A stretch of 61,544 nt of DNA from a virus (taxonomy: Duplodnaviria > Caudoviricetes), in the IMG/VR virus record IMGVR_UViG_3300044998_000395, positions 1 to 61,544 of that record. The stretch is one strand, 5' to 3'. Below the pieces are notes generated by a model, which saw only the letters and a list, made by a program, of their open reading frames with translations, made no database searches and was not told where the DNA came from. This document shows positions 1 through 8,112 of this stretch, piece by piece. Made by a program: the position numbers and the translations under genes. Positions within the stretch are counted from its first letter, which is position 1; each line of letters opens with the position of its first letter.

Positions 1-127
1 TCGGCGAACTGGTGGTCGTCCCACACGAGGCCGCGGAAGTCGTCGCGGATCTTGTCGACCCGCACGGCCTCGAGGTCCTTGCCGTCCCACCACGGCATCG
101 CGAAAGCCGTGACCACGACACCGCCCT
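1..127. repeat. Terminal direct repeat, identical to 61418-61544 (circular assembly overlap)
   Basis: The first 127 nt (tcggcgaact...accgccct) match the last 127 nt, and the ligase ORF reads through the junction. Confidence 0.95.
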
Positions 128-416
128 CGCGCAGCGCGGTTGGCACATCGCTGGCCGGCTTGCCGGGAACCCAGACCTCGCAGTCCATCGAGCTGCGGGG
201 CGGCGCTTCCTTCTTGAAGCGCTGCACGACCTCGGAAGCCAGCAGTGACGGAAACCGGGACGTCATCTCGAGGTCGGGCCGCACCTCGCGGCCGTACGCC
301 ACGAGGCCGGCGTCGCCCTTGAAGAACGTGACGCGGTGGCCGTCGAGCTTCGCGTGGGCGAAGTCGCGCCAGCGGCCGTCCCACTTCTTCGGCTTGAGTC
401 GTTCGTGAGTGAACAT
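1..416 (-). CDS. ATP-dependent DNA ligase, N-terminal part (continues across the junction into 61417-60973)
   Basis: ATG at 416 overlaps the upstream TGA (TGATG). It reads MFTHERLKPKKWDGRWRDFAHAKLDGHRV, containing ligase motif I KxDG. Confidence 0.85.
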   Translation of the reverse strand, partial: MFTHERLKPKKWDGRWRDFAHAKLDGHRVTFFKGDAGLVAYGREVRPDLEMTSRFPSLLASEVVQRFKKEAPPRSSMDCEVWVPGKPASDVPTALREGGVVVTAFAMPWWDGKDLEAVRVDKIRDDFRGLVWDDHQFA

Positions 417-706
417 CAGAGGATCCGCTCGAAGACGTGCCACACGAGAGCGTGGCCTTCCATCACGATCGACGCGAGGTGCTTCAGCGACTCGGGCCGC
501 TCGATCTCCCAGCCCGTGCCGACCGTCACGAAGCGACGAGTGACGGCCGTTGCGTCGGGGTCAACGACAGCCCAGAGACAGACCTGCCCGCGTTGTTCGC
601 CTACGTGCACGATCTCGGCGCCGGCCGGCATCTGCACGTCGCAGGCATGCGACGGCAACTCGTACTTGAAGACCTTCTTCATAATCGGGCGCTCGCCGAT
701 CTTCAC
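416..706 (-). CDS. Conserved phage hypothetical protein (start may be ATG 682)
   Basis: 96-aa ORF KVFKYELP...LWAVVDP...LVWHVFE, a recurring small phage family. Translationally coupled to the ligase. Confidence 0.65.
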   Translation of the reverse strand: MKIGERPIMKKVFKYELPSHACDVQMPAGAEIVHVGEQRGQVCLWAVVDPDATAVTRRFVTVGTGWEIERPESLKHLASIVMEGHALVWHVFERIL

Positions 707-711
707 CGGCG

Positions 712-923
712 GGCCCTAGCGGTCTAGGCCAAGTTAGCCAACGCCCGGTGTGTCAGTCGGGCGCTGTCCCGCGAGACCTTCCGGTCCCGAATGCCCCAAG
801 AGAACCTTTCGGTCCAAGTTGGTGGGGCAATGAGCTCGCGTATCCGGCGTCCCGGGATCGGCCGAGCCAGGAAACGGGGGAGGCCGGCTTTCGCCGGCCA
901 GCGTCCCGTAGCGAGAGAGCTCA
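712..923 (-). ncRNA. Candidate structured non-coding RNA or cis-element
   Basis: Series of stems, three capped by GNRA loops on the minus strand (GGCCGGC-GAAA-GCCGGCC, ACC-GAAA-GGU, GGGACC-GGAA-GGUCUC). Confidence 0.5.
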
Positions 924-1289
924 GGCGCGCATGGCCTCTGCACAAGCCGATGCGAGGTCGAGGCACAGCTCGCGGAGCGCGTAGACGAGGATCTCGGTGC
1001 GCTTGCTCTCGTCGCGCAGGTCGTACTTGGCCTGCACTTGCTTCAGCACGCGGTTGATCCGCTCCTCGGACTCCTTGACGTCGGTCTCGAGCGACGCGAC
1101 CGGGTCGCGGCCGTCCTTCTTGCAGCGCATCCCCATCGGGATCCCGTGAAAGGCGCCCATCGTCCCGGCGAGGTCAAGGAGCTCCGACCGCAGGCGTTGC
1201 TCGGGCGATGCAACGTTGTCGAGGGCGCCGAGAAGTGCCAGCCCGAGCAGCGCAGCGCTCGGGTTCGTGCGTGAACGACCAGTGAACAT
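921..1289 (-). CDS. Hypothetical protein
   Basis: ATG 1289 (MFTGRSR) follows GGAG. The longer 1421 start overlaps the promoter and is unlikely. Confidence 0.6.
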   Translation of the reverse strand: MFTGRSRTNPSAALLGLALLGALDNVASPEQRLRSELLDLAGTMGAFHGIPMGMRCKKDGRDPVASLETDVKESEERINRVLKQVQAKYDLRDESKRTEILVYALRELCLDLASACAEAMRA

Positions 1290-1389
1290 CGGTGATTCTC
1301 CAAGAGGGTGAAAGGACCGGAACGACAGCCTTGGTCGGCCCGGCCCAGGAGGTCGCCCCGGTGGTCCAAACCGGGGACTTGACGGTATA

Positions 1390-1417
1390 ACTATACACCA
1401 GGATCCGGGTATGTCAA
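1390..1417 (-). promoter_or_regulatory. Sigma70-like promoter
   Basis: TTGACA-N16-TATAGT on the minus strand. Confidence 0.7.
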
Positions 1418-1431
1418 ACAATCTGTGAAGA

Positions 1432-1665
1432 TTATTTCCTGATGTCGACCGTGTCGATGTTCACGGTGTGCTGCGTGTGCTTCCACGCTCGAAGGCGGTA
1501 AGTGCCTTCACGATTGAGCGGGCTCTGGGTCAGCTGCACGACTCGGTAGCCTTCAGCGAACACCTGCTTGAGAGCAGCGTTCAGGTCCGCGGGAGCAACT
1601 GATTCGATGACCACCTCGTCACTCATCCGCTTCATCATGATCCTCTTATGCATTTTCTTCGCCAT
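1432..1665 (-). CDS. Hypothetical protein
   Basis: 77-aa ORF with AAAGG RBS. Confidence 0.65.
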   Translation of the reverse strand: MAKKMHKRIMMKRMSDEVVIESVAPADLNAALKQVFAEGYRVVQLTQSPLNREGTYRLRAWKHTQHTVNIDTVDIRK

Positions 1666-1677
1666 CGTACTGTCCTT

Positions 1678-2106
1678 TCACTTAGGCCACCAGTAGTCCG
1701 CGTCCGGGTCGTCGACCCAGTCAAAGCGCAGGTACCAATCGAGCGTGTCGTCGTCGCCTTCGTATGCCTTGCGCATCAAGTTGGACCGGTGCGAGCTGTG
1801 AAGCCGCTCGTCGCCGAGCCAAGGAGGCTGTGGGCACGGTGGGAAGTTCATCGCCTGCACTTGCGCTTTCACCGAGTCCCTGAAGCCGCGCTCGATCCAC
1901 TCATCGCAGACCGCGAACGTGTACTCAGCCAGCCAGAGCTCGTGTCCCGCCCACATCCGCGTCGCCGGGTGGTTGCGCCAGCCCTTCGTCTCGCCGCGCA
2001 GTGCCTTGAGGATCTGTAGGCACTCTACGCGCTGCTTGCCGAGCCGGCGGTCGTCGAGCGCGGCGGCCGACTGCGCGAAGTTGGCGTATGGCAGGAAGGT
2101 CTGCAT
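1678..2106 (-). CDS. Pyrimidine-dimer DNA glycosylase / endonuclease V-like protein (MSMEG_6728 type)
   Basis: MQTFLPY..F..SA..LD.RRLGKQRVE, W.NHPA..MW.G, PPWLG...H.SHRSNL. Confidence 0.85.
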   Translation of the reverse strand: MQTFLPYANFAQSAAALDDRRLGKQRVECLQILKALRGETKGWRNHPATRMWAGHELWLAEYTFAVCDEWIERGFRDSVKAQVQAMNFPPCPQPPWLGDERLHSSHRSNLMRKAYEGDDDTLDWYLRFDWVDDPDADYWWPK

Positions 2107-2501
2107 TAGTCACAACTCGATGATGAAGTCCAAGTGGTCACGATCTCGTCGCCGTCTGCCCGAGATGACACGTGGTCAGGCCCGCCGTATCCGGCCGGGT
2201 GGTAACCCGCTGCCGTCTGGGCCGCCGCCAACGTGTCACGAGACGGCACCGTCGGCGTCCGGAGTCGGTACTGGTTATTGTCGCCTGGGCGGCCGCAACC
2301 GCGGTAAGTCACCTCGGCAATATAAAACGTCTCGGTTGCGTCTTCGCAAGGCCGCCGTTGCGAGCAAGCGTTACAGAGCGCACAATGGCGGTGAGGGCCG
2401 TAGTAATACCCATTGGCCCCGTCGTACTGCATCCGGGTGCTTGTGTGGTTGCAACTCACGCCAGCACCTCCGCTACGGACGAGTTGCCTACACGGCGCCA
2501 C
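2106..2501 (-). CDS. Hypothetical protein (likely GTG start at 2459)
   Basis: ORF coupled (TAATG) to the downstream gene. Cys-rich N-terminal part. Confidence 0.5.
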   Translation of the reverse strand: MAPCRQLVRSGGAGVSCNHTSTRMQYDGANGYYYGPHRHCALCNACSQRRPCEDATETFYIAEVTYRGCGRPGDNNQYRLRTPTVPSRDTLAAAQTAAGYHPAGYGGPDHVSSRADGDEIVTTWTSSSSCD

Positions 2502-2611
2502 TTGTAGACGATCGTGGTCTCACCCGACAGCCACGTCACGAGGTACGATCCATCGTTGAAACGATCAAGTACGTAGCCGCGCTGCTTGCCTAGCACAAAG
2601 GTGTCGATCAC
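2456..2611 (-). CDS. Small hypothetical protein
   Basis: GTGA overlap with the upstream stop. 3' part of ORF 2456-3076 (IDTFVLGKQRGYVLDRF...). Confidence 0.45.
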   Translation of the reverse strand: MIDTFVLGKQRGYVLDRFNDGSYLVTWLSGETTIVYKWRRVGNSSVAEVLA

Positions 2612-3285
2612 GCCAGCGCCTCCCTCTGGGCGACGCCCATGGTGTTCTTGAGCGCGACGCGCTCGCCTTGCCGCTTGCCTTCTGCATACGCGTCCGGGTC
2701 GAACGAACCGCGCGACGCGGATGACCGCCCGGGGCGCAGCTTGAGGTTGTCGTCCATCCACTTCTGGATAGCGAGGTCCTTGCGGAGGATGATTGCGTTG
2801 GCCTGCTGAGCCGCTTGCTTGGCCTGCCGCGCCTGCTTGCTGAGGCCGGCAATGAACCCCTCGGCGAACGACCTGTGGTGGAAGTTCCACCCTTGGCCGA
2901 ACTGCATCCGTGCGCAGACGCGGATCGACGCGAGCAGCGCCGGGTATAGCGCGGCCGCGACCGCCGTGTCGGCAGGGAAGCCGATGAACTGGATTGTGAC
3001 CTTGCGCCCGCTGTGATTGAGCACGGCCTTGACGTCGCACACGTTGGTGACGACGTTGATGAGGCTCTGCTCCCACCTTGCCCAGCCTGCGCGGCTAGCG
3101 GAGTCGGCTCGGTTGATCGTCGCCTGCTGTTGCGCCGGCTCGACTTCGCCGTCCTCGATCCCGTACTTCGTCATGAGCTCGCGGGCGAGCTTCATGGCGT
3201 TCTCGATCTCGCCGGGCGAGGCCGCGTTGTCGCGGGCCAGCGCCACCATCTTCCTGACGCGGTCGACGATGGAGTCGCGGTTCAC
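2608..3285 (-). CDS. DUF2786-like domain protein
   Basis: N-terminus DRVRKMVALA....SPGEIENAMKLARELMTKYGI and C-terminal AYAEGKRQG pattern. Confidence 0.75.
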   Translation of the reverse strand: MNRDSIVDRVRKMVALARDNAASPGEIENAMKLARELMTKYGIEDGEVEPAQQQATINRADSASRAGWARWEQSLINVVTNVCDVKAVLNHSGRKVTIQFIGFPADTAVAAALYPALLASIRVCARMQFGQGWNFHHRSFAEGFIAGLSKQARQAKQAAQQANAIILRKDLAIQKWMDDNLKLRPGRSSASRGSFDPDAYAEGKRQGERVALKNTMGVAQREALA

Positions 3286-3638
3286 TGGTCGCCGCCAAGC
3301 TGGGCGAGCAGCTTCTGGAGTTCCTCGGGCGACAACTTGGAGAGGTCCTTCGCGAGCTTGTCGAGCTGGGAGACTTGGTGGCGGGCGTCGTGCTGGGCGA
3401 GTTCCTGCTTGAGCCCCTGCAGCCGTTTCCGCGCGCCTTCGAGCTTGGCTGGTGCCTCCTCGTGCTTGAGCTGGATGGCCGCGATCTCGTCCTCGAGCAC
3501 GCGGATCTTCTGCCGCCTTGCTTCGATCATTGCAGCGGTGTGCTTCGGGTCAGCTTCGCTGCGCAGTTGGTTGACGCGTTGTTCTTGGATGCCGATCTGC
3601 TCTTTGAGCTGATCGCGCTTGCTGGGTTCCTTGGGCAT
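3282..3638 (-). CDS. Coiled-coil hypothetical protein
   Basis: GGAG RBS, heptad-rich, coupled to the next gene. Confidence 0.7.
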   Translation of the reverse strand: MPKEPSKRDQLKEQIGIQEQRVNQLRSEADPKHTAAMIEARRQKIRVLEDEIAAIQLKHEEAPAKLEGARKRLQGLKQELAQHDARHQVSQLDKLAKDLSKLSPEELQKLLAQLGGDQ

Positions 3639-3656
3639 GTACTGTACTCCAGTGAG

Positions 3657-3693
3657 GAAAGGCGGGCGCCCGCTTTCGCGAGCGCCGGTCGCC
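3657..3693 (-). terminator. Rho-independent terminator
   Basis: GGCGCTCGC-GAAA-GCGGGCGCC hairpin followed by a short T tract, just after the 3696 stop. Confidence 0.55.
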
Positions 3694-3695
3694 TG

Positions 3696-4163
3696 TTAGG
3701 CCTTCTTCGACGCGGCGTCGAGCAGCGTCTTGAGGAAGTTGACGTCGACCCCGGCGCCCGCGAGGACCGCGCCGACGTCCACGTTCTTCGCCGCCAGCTT
3801 CTGCTGGAGGTCGCCGAGCCGCTGCGTCATCTTGATGAGGCGCTTAGCGCCGGCCTTGTCCTTGCTGCCGCCCGTCGCCTTGGCCTCCTCCATCGCGCGC
3901 TCGAGCTTGACGACGTTCTTGCGGGCGATGTCAAGGCGCCACGCGAAGTACTGCCACTCCTCCTTGAAGTCCTTCTTCTTGAAGGGGAAGTGCTTCTTGC
4001 CGTCGAAGTCGGCGGGCGCGGTCTCGAAGGGGTACACGGCGGGGTCCTTGCTGCCGACGGCGGGGTGCTCGATGCGTTTCGCCGGCTTCTTCTCGGCCTT
4101 GGCGTCGGGCTTCGCGGCGGGCTTGGCGGACTGGGACGGGGCGGCCTTCGTAGCAGTACTCAT
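3696..4163 (-). CDS. Hypothetical Lys/Ala-rich protein
   Basis: Likely start MSTATKAAP downstream of the promoter at 4238-4265, with its own terminator. Confidence 0.7.
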   Translation of the reverse strand: MSTATKAAPSQSAKPAAKPDAKAEKKPAKRIEHPAVGSKDPAVYPFETAPADFDGKKHFPFKKKDFKEEWQYFAWRLDIARKNVVKLERAMEEAKATGGSKDKAGAKRLIKMTQRLGDLQQKLAAKNVDVGAVLAGAGVDVNFLKTLLDAASKKA

Positions 4164-4237
4164 GACGTCATACTCCATACAGGAACCTGTGAAACCTACC
4201 GGAATCCTACGTCGGATTCCGACAACGTTGCGGGTAG

Positions 4238-4265
4238 ATTGTACCCCGCATTGGGGACTTGTCAA
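4238..4265 (-). promoter_or_regulatory. Sigma70-like promoter
   Basis: TTGACA-N16-TACAAT. Confidence 0.7.
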
Positions 4266-4756
4266 ACAATCGGGAGAGGATTCTTGCACGCGGCCTTGAT
4301 GGCGGTGAGGTCCTTCTTGAGCGACCGCATGTCGTAGGTCGGGTCAGTACCGACGGCCTTGACCTCGTCGAGGTCGTACTTCGCGAACACGGCCTGGTAG
4401 CGCTCGTAGGTCTTCATCCAATCGGACTGCCCGGTCCACTCGCCCGTGGTGCAGTCGAAGAGGCTCGCGAGCACGTCGATGTCATCCGTGAAACCGTACT
4501 TGAGAGTGAGGCGGGCGATGACCAGCATGCGGCCGCCGACACAGTCGAGAAGGTCCTTTGAGGTGAAGTTGTAGTTATCCTTCAGGGCGAAGAAGTCGCG
4601 ACCGGCATTCGGGCCAACCTTGATCTCAGCATCGCACCAGACTTCCCAGTGGCGCGTCGGGCGGGTGTTCTCCCAGTGGCCGTCGCTGATCTGACCAGCG
4701 AGTTCGTACTTGAAGAGAGCGGCCTGGGTGTTCGTGTTGAGGACCAGAGTTGCCAT
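4262..4756 (-). CDS. Hypothetical protein
   Basis: 164-aa ORF with AAAGGA RBS. Confidence 0.75.
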   Translation of the reverse strand: MATLVLNTNTQAALFKYELAGQISDGHWENTRPTRHWEVWCDAEIKVGPNAGRDFFALKDNYNFTSKDLLDCVGGRMLVIARLTLKYGFTDDIDVLASLFDCTTGEWTGQSDWMKTYERYQAVFAKYDLDEVKAVGTDPTYDMRSLKKDLTAIKAACKNPLPIV

Positions 4757-4783
4757 TGCTGTGTTCCTTTCAGTTGCGACAGT

Positions 4784-4814
4784 AGAATATCGAATACAAA
4801 CGCAAGTAGGTCAA
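4784..4814 (-). promoter_or_regulatory. Putative promoter, 19-bp-spacer class
   Basis: TTGACC-N19-TATTCT containing GTATTCGATATT. Same architecture at 23766 and 24108. Confidence 0.55.
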
Positions 4815-4882
4815 TCAATCGACAAACAATCGAATGAAGATTCTGCATTTCGTATCATCTGTAACATCTACAGTTTCCTCTG

Positions 4883-5021
4883 GCCGATAACAACCGGTGT
4901 TTCTACATCCCTAGGGCAGTTTTCGTCTAGAAGCCTCCTGGATGCGTCGGTCTATCGGACGGGTCGATATACCAGACCGGTCGTCGGGATGTTCCAGACA
5001 TGCCCGTCGGGCAGCAGTTTG
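4883..5021. repeat. Non-coding element A, copy 1
   Basis: Ungapped degenerate match to 23876-24014. Confidence 0.85.
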
Positions 5022-5126
5022 GACGGTCTGGTGCCTGAGTTTCCGTTGGTTTGTCAACCTGCATGGGAAACTAAGCGCGTGTGAATCAATCAAAGCGAGG
5101 CACCCGGTTTCCCAGGTGCCATCGCG

Positions 5127-5387
5127 TCAGACGCCAGCGAACCACAAGTCGAGGAACTGGAAGAGGCCATCGACGGTGACGACGCCGTCGCGGTTCGTGT
5201 CAGAGCGCGCGTACTTGCGGTCAAGCTGCAAGTTGTAGAGGCTCATCGAGCCGGCACCCGCGGGCCCGCCAGTCGCGGACGTGACGCCGACATAGACCTC
5301 GGTGGCCGCCGTACAGAGGACGAGAGACAAGAGAGCACACAACTTCTTCAAGCGAGACTCCTTCAGGCGGAGAACGTGCCGCCGCAC
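5127..5387 (-). CDS. Small secreted protein with C-terminal dockerin-like motif (likely TTG start near 5351)
   Basis: KKLCALLSLVLCTAA is signal-peptide-like. C-terminus SDTNRDGVVTVDGLFQFLDLWFAGV. Confidence 0.65.
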   Translation of the reverse strand: MRRHVLRLKESRLKKLCALLSLVLCTAATEVYVGVTSATGGPAGAGSMSLYNLQLDRKYARSDTNRDGVVTVDGLFQFLDLWFAGV

Positions 5388-5405
5388 GACGTGAGTGGAT
5401 GCCGC

Positions 5406-7400
5406 TCACGCTCGGACGATGTCGAGCTTACCGTACCCGTGCTCAGCCACGGTGTGCTTGTCGTCACAAGCGCTCGCCCAGTCCTTGTCAGACCAGCCGG
5501 CGCCCGCGCGGATGGGTACGCGGAACTTGCGCTTCGTGTCCTCGAGCGACAAGACGAGCCGGGACACGACCTCGGGCGACTTCATGAGTGAAGCCTCGCC
5601 CTTGAACTTCGTTTCGTCGTGCACCGACGCAGCGAGCTTGATTCCCTGGGACTTGACCCAGTCGTTGTAGCGCGGGCTCACCGCGACCGTGCGCTCCTTC
5701 ATGATGTCGGCGGCCGTGCCCTGCACGACGCGGTTGAACGCCACGTGCGCCGCCTTGTCAGGCAGGTGACAGCGACGGCCGTACGCAGTGAACACGTACC
5801 CGCGGTGAAGTGCGTTCGCGGCCGCGCTCTTCGTCGTAGGACGCAGGCCGGGCAGCACCTCGTGGTACTTCTCGAACACCTGCTCGGCTCTGATGCGACA
5901 AGCGGCGTTGAACTGCTGCGGCGTCATACCGTCGCCGAGGCCCTTCATCAGGTCCATGTTGCCGGCCAGCATCGTGGTGACCTTTGCCTTGCCTGCGCCG
6001 TAGCCTACGGCAAAGTTCACGTTCTTAGCCGGCTTACGCGGGATGCCGCACATGTCGGCGACCCACTGGTGGAAGTCAGTGTCGGGATCGCGCTCGTAGG
6101 ACTTGATGGCCTCGAGCGCTCTCGTGTAGTGAACGATGAGGCGGAACTCGATCTGCGAGTAGTCGCATGAGAGGAAGGCCTCGCCCGGACCCGGCAGGAT
6201 GAAGCTCTTTGCTTCCTTGTTCAGCTGCTGTGCGTTCGGGCGCTTGCAGCTCATGCGCCCGGAGCGCACGGCCTGGTTGTAGTCGGGGTGCATGATACCA
6301 CCGACGTTGTGCTCCTGGTACGGCCGCACGAAGAAGGTCAGCAGCGTGTTACGCTTGCGGTAGTGCTGAAGGAGCATAACGACGTTCGTGCGTAGCTCGC
6401 TCGACTTGACGTCCGGGTGCATCAAGTAGTGGGCGAGCGCGTCCTTGTCGAACGACGGGTTGCCGTCCTCGTTGTACTCAAGAACCGGCAAGCCCCAGTG
6501 CGTGCACAGCAGCATAAAGCAGTCCGGGCTACTGGCAGGGTTGACCGCGAACCCGAGAAGCGCGTGCAGCGTCTCCTCGATCTTAGTCAGCTCGAGCAGG
6601 ATCTTCATCTCCGCTTCCTCGAGCTGGTGCTGGTCGACCCGCATGCCCTCGACCTCCATGTCGAACAGCACGGGTGTGAGCAGCTGCTCCGTCTCCCAGA
6701 CCTCGAGACAGTCCTCGGGCATCATGCGCTCGATGTAGTGGTCGAGCTTGCGTGCCGTGAGGGCGTCCTGCCCGGCGTACCGCGCCATGATGTCGATCGG
6801 GACGAGGCCGTAGTCGTTGGCCTTCTTGTTCCTCGGCAGCTTGATCGTGTCGAGGTGCCCGCGCACGCCGTCTTCAAGGTCGGTGATGACCTCGTCCAGC
6901 CACGCCTCCGACAGCGGCTTGAGGCCGTACCCGCCCTTGAACGTGCGGTCACTGTCAAGGAGCTTCGCGCTCGTCGTAAGGCAGCGGAGCCGCCCGCGGA
7001 ACGTGGCACCTTCGCAGTGAGCGAAGTGCGCGTCGAACTTGACGTTTGCGTTCGACCACATGTCGCACGACTCGACGACGTCCTTCATCCATCGCTGGAC
7101 TTGCGGTACGTCGAGGTTGCCCCGCATAGCTGTCCCGTCAGCGAAGCGGTGGCGCATCGGGACGTAGTACGCGTACGGGTGATCGTCTGCCGTGACAGCG
7201 ACGCCGGCGATCTTGTCGCCCTTATACGGGTTGAGCGCCTTCTCGTCTGCCTTGCCCGCGGTGGTCTCGAAGTCCATGAAGAGCTTCTTGGCCCGCGTCA
7301 ACTGCGGGAGCTCAGCCGTGGACTCCACGATGCGTACCATCGTGTCAGTGCCATCCGGGCGCGTAAGAGTGATCATCGTTACCTCATCTGGATGAGACAC
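5406..7400 (-). CDS. polA: DNA polymerase family A with 3'-5' exonuclease domain
   Basis: Exo I DFETT, motif A DYSQIEFR, motif B RKPAKNVNFAVGYG, motif C VHDE. Confidence 0.95.
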   Translation of the reverse strand: MSHPDEVTMITLTRPDGTDTMVRIVESTAELPQLTRAKKLFMDFETTAGKADEKALNPYKGDKIAGVAVTADDHPYAYYVPMRHRFADGTAMRGNLDVPQVQRWMKDVVESCDMWSNANVKFDAHFAHCEGATFRGRLRCLTTSAKLLDSDRTFKGGYGLKPLSEAWLDEVITDLEDGVRGHLDTIKLPRNKKANDYGLVPIDIMARYAGQDALTARKLDHYIERMMPEDCLEVWETEQLLTPVLFDMEVEGMRVDQHQLEEAEMKILLELTKIEETLHALLGFAVNPASSPDCFMLLCTHWGLPVLEYNEDGNPSFDKDALAHYLMHPDVKSSELRTNVVMLLQHYRKRNTLLTFFVRPYQEHNVGGIMHPDYNQAVRSGRMSCKRPNAQQLNKEAKSFILPGPGEAFLSCDYSQIEFRLIVHYTRALEAIKSYERDPDTDFHQWVADMCGIPRKPAKNVNFAVGYGAGKAKVTTMLAGNMDLMKGLGDGMTPQQFNAACRIRAEQVFEKYHEVLPGLRPTTKSAAANALHRGYVFTAYGRRCHLPDKAAHVAFNRVVQGTAADIMKERTVAVSPRYNDWVKSQGIKLAASVHDETKFKGEASLMKSPEVVSRLVLSLEDTKRKFRVPIRAGAGWSDKDWASACDDKHTVAEHGYGKLDIVRA

Positions 7401-7630
7401 ATGCTCTGGACGTGCTCGAGAAGGAAAGTCATCTCGCAGTCAGCCCTGTCAGCCGTGTCAGTGAAACCGTGAATCGTGATGAACGCCTTGTCATCGTGGG
7501 TACGCTCCTTGCGGTACTCGCGCCACTCGTCGAGCGCTTGACGCAGCACCTGCTCGGTACCGCACACGGAGCACGGGCCCCAAGGACGCTCGATCGTCAG
7601 CCTCCAGTATTCCTTCATCGGTTGCTCCAT
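7379..7630 (-). CDS. Hypothetical protein
   Basis: 83-aa ORF filling the gap in the operon. Confidence 0.55.
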   Translation of the reverse strand: MEQPMKEYWRLTIERPWGPCSVCGTEQVLRQALDEWREYRKERTHDDKAFITIHGFTDTADRADCEMTFLLEHVQSMCLIQMR

Positions 7631-8112
7631 GCGATGTTGCCTGCGTCGTCGATGATGAGCGCCGCTTTGTTGAGCTCGTTGATGTACTTGATGGACATCG
7701 TGGCAGACTCGCCCCAGCGCGACCAGTAGTCGTCGTCGCCGTTCATGAACACAAATCGCTCGATGCCAGCCTGCAGCATGAACACGGTGCAGCGATCGCA
7801 GGCAACGCCGCTAGTAACGTACGCTGTGTAGCCGCGCACGGGCTCGTGGCAGTTGAGCACTGCGTTGACCTCACCATGCATGACCCGGCTGTACTTCTCC
7901 GGGCGGTCAACTGCGTCCTCCTCGACCGGGCAGCCGCGCACGAAGCCGTTGTACCCGAGGCCGGCGATCGTACGATCCGGCCTCACGATCACGGTGGCGT
8001 GCTTCGTGCTAGGATCCTTCGACCACGAGCGCACGTGCTTAGCGAGGTCGAGGAACCGCACGTCCCACTTATCGGCTGGCCGTCGTTCGGCGGTTGGCAC
8101 GAGAGAGAACAT
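7615..8112 (-). CDS. dCMP deaminase
   Basis: WD.RFL.LA......SKDPSTK, GYNG, HGEVNA, CDRC zinc motif. Confidence 0.9.
   Translation of the reverse strand: MFSLVPTAERRPADKWDVRFLDLAKHVRSWSKDPSTKHATVIVRPDRTIAGLGYNGFVRGCPVEEDAVDRPEKYSRVMHGEVNAVLNCHEPVRGYTAYVTSGVACDRCTVFMLQAGIERFVFMNGDDDYWSRWGESATMSIKYINELNKAALIIDDAGNIAWSNR

Noticed and set aside
772-789. SRP RNA domain IV (GGAA tetraloop hairpin)
   Set aside because: The stem is fully paired and lacks the conserved CAGG/AGCA internal loop
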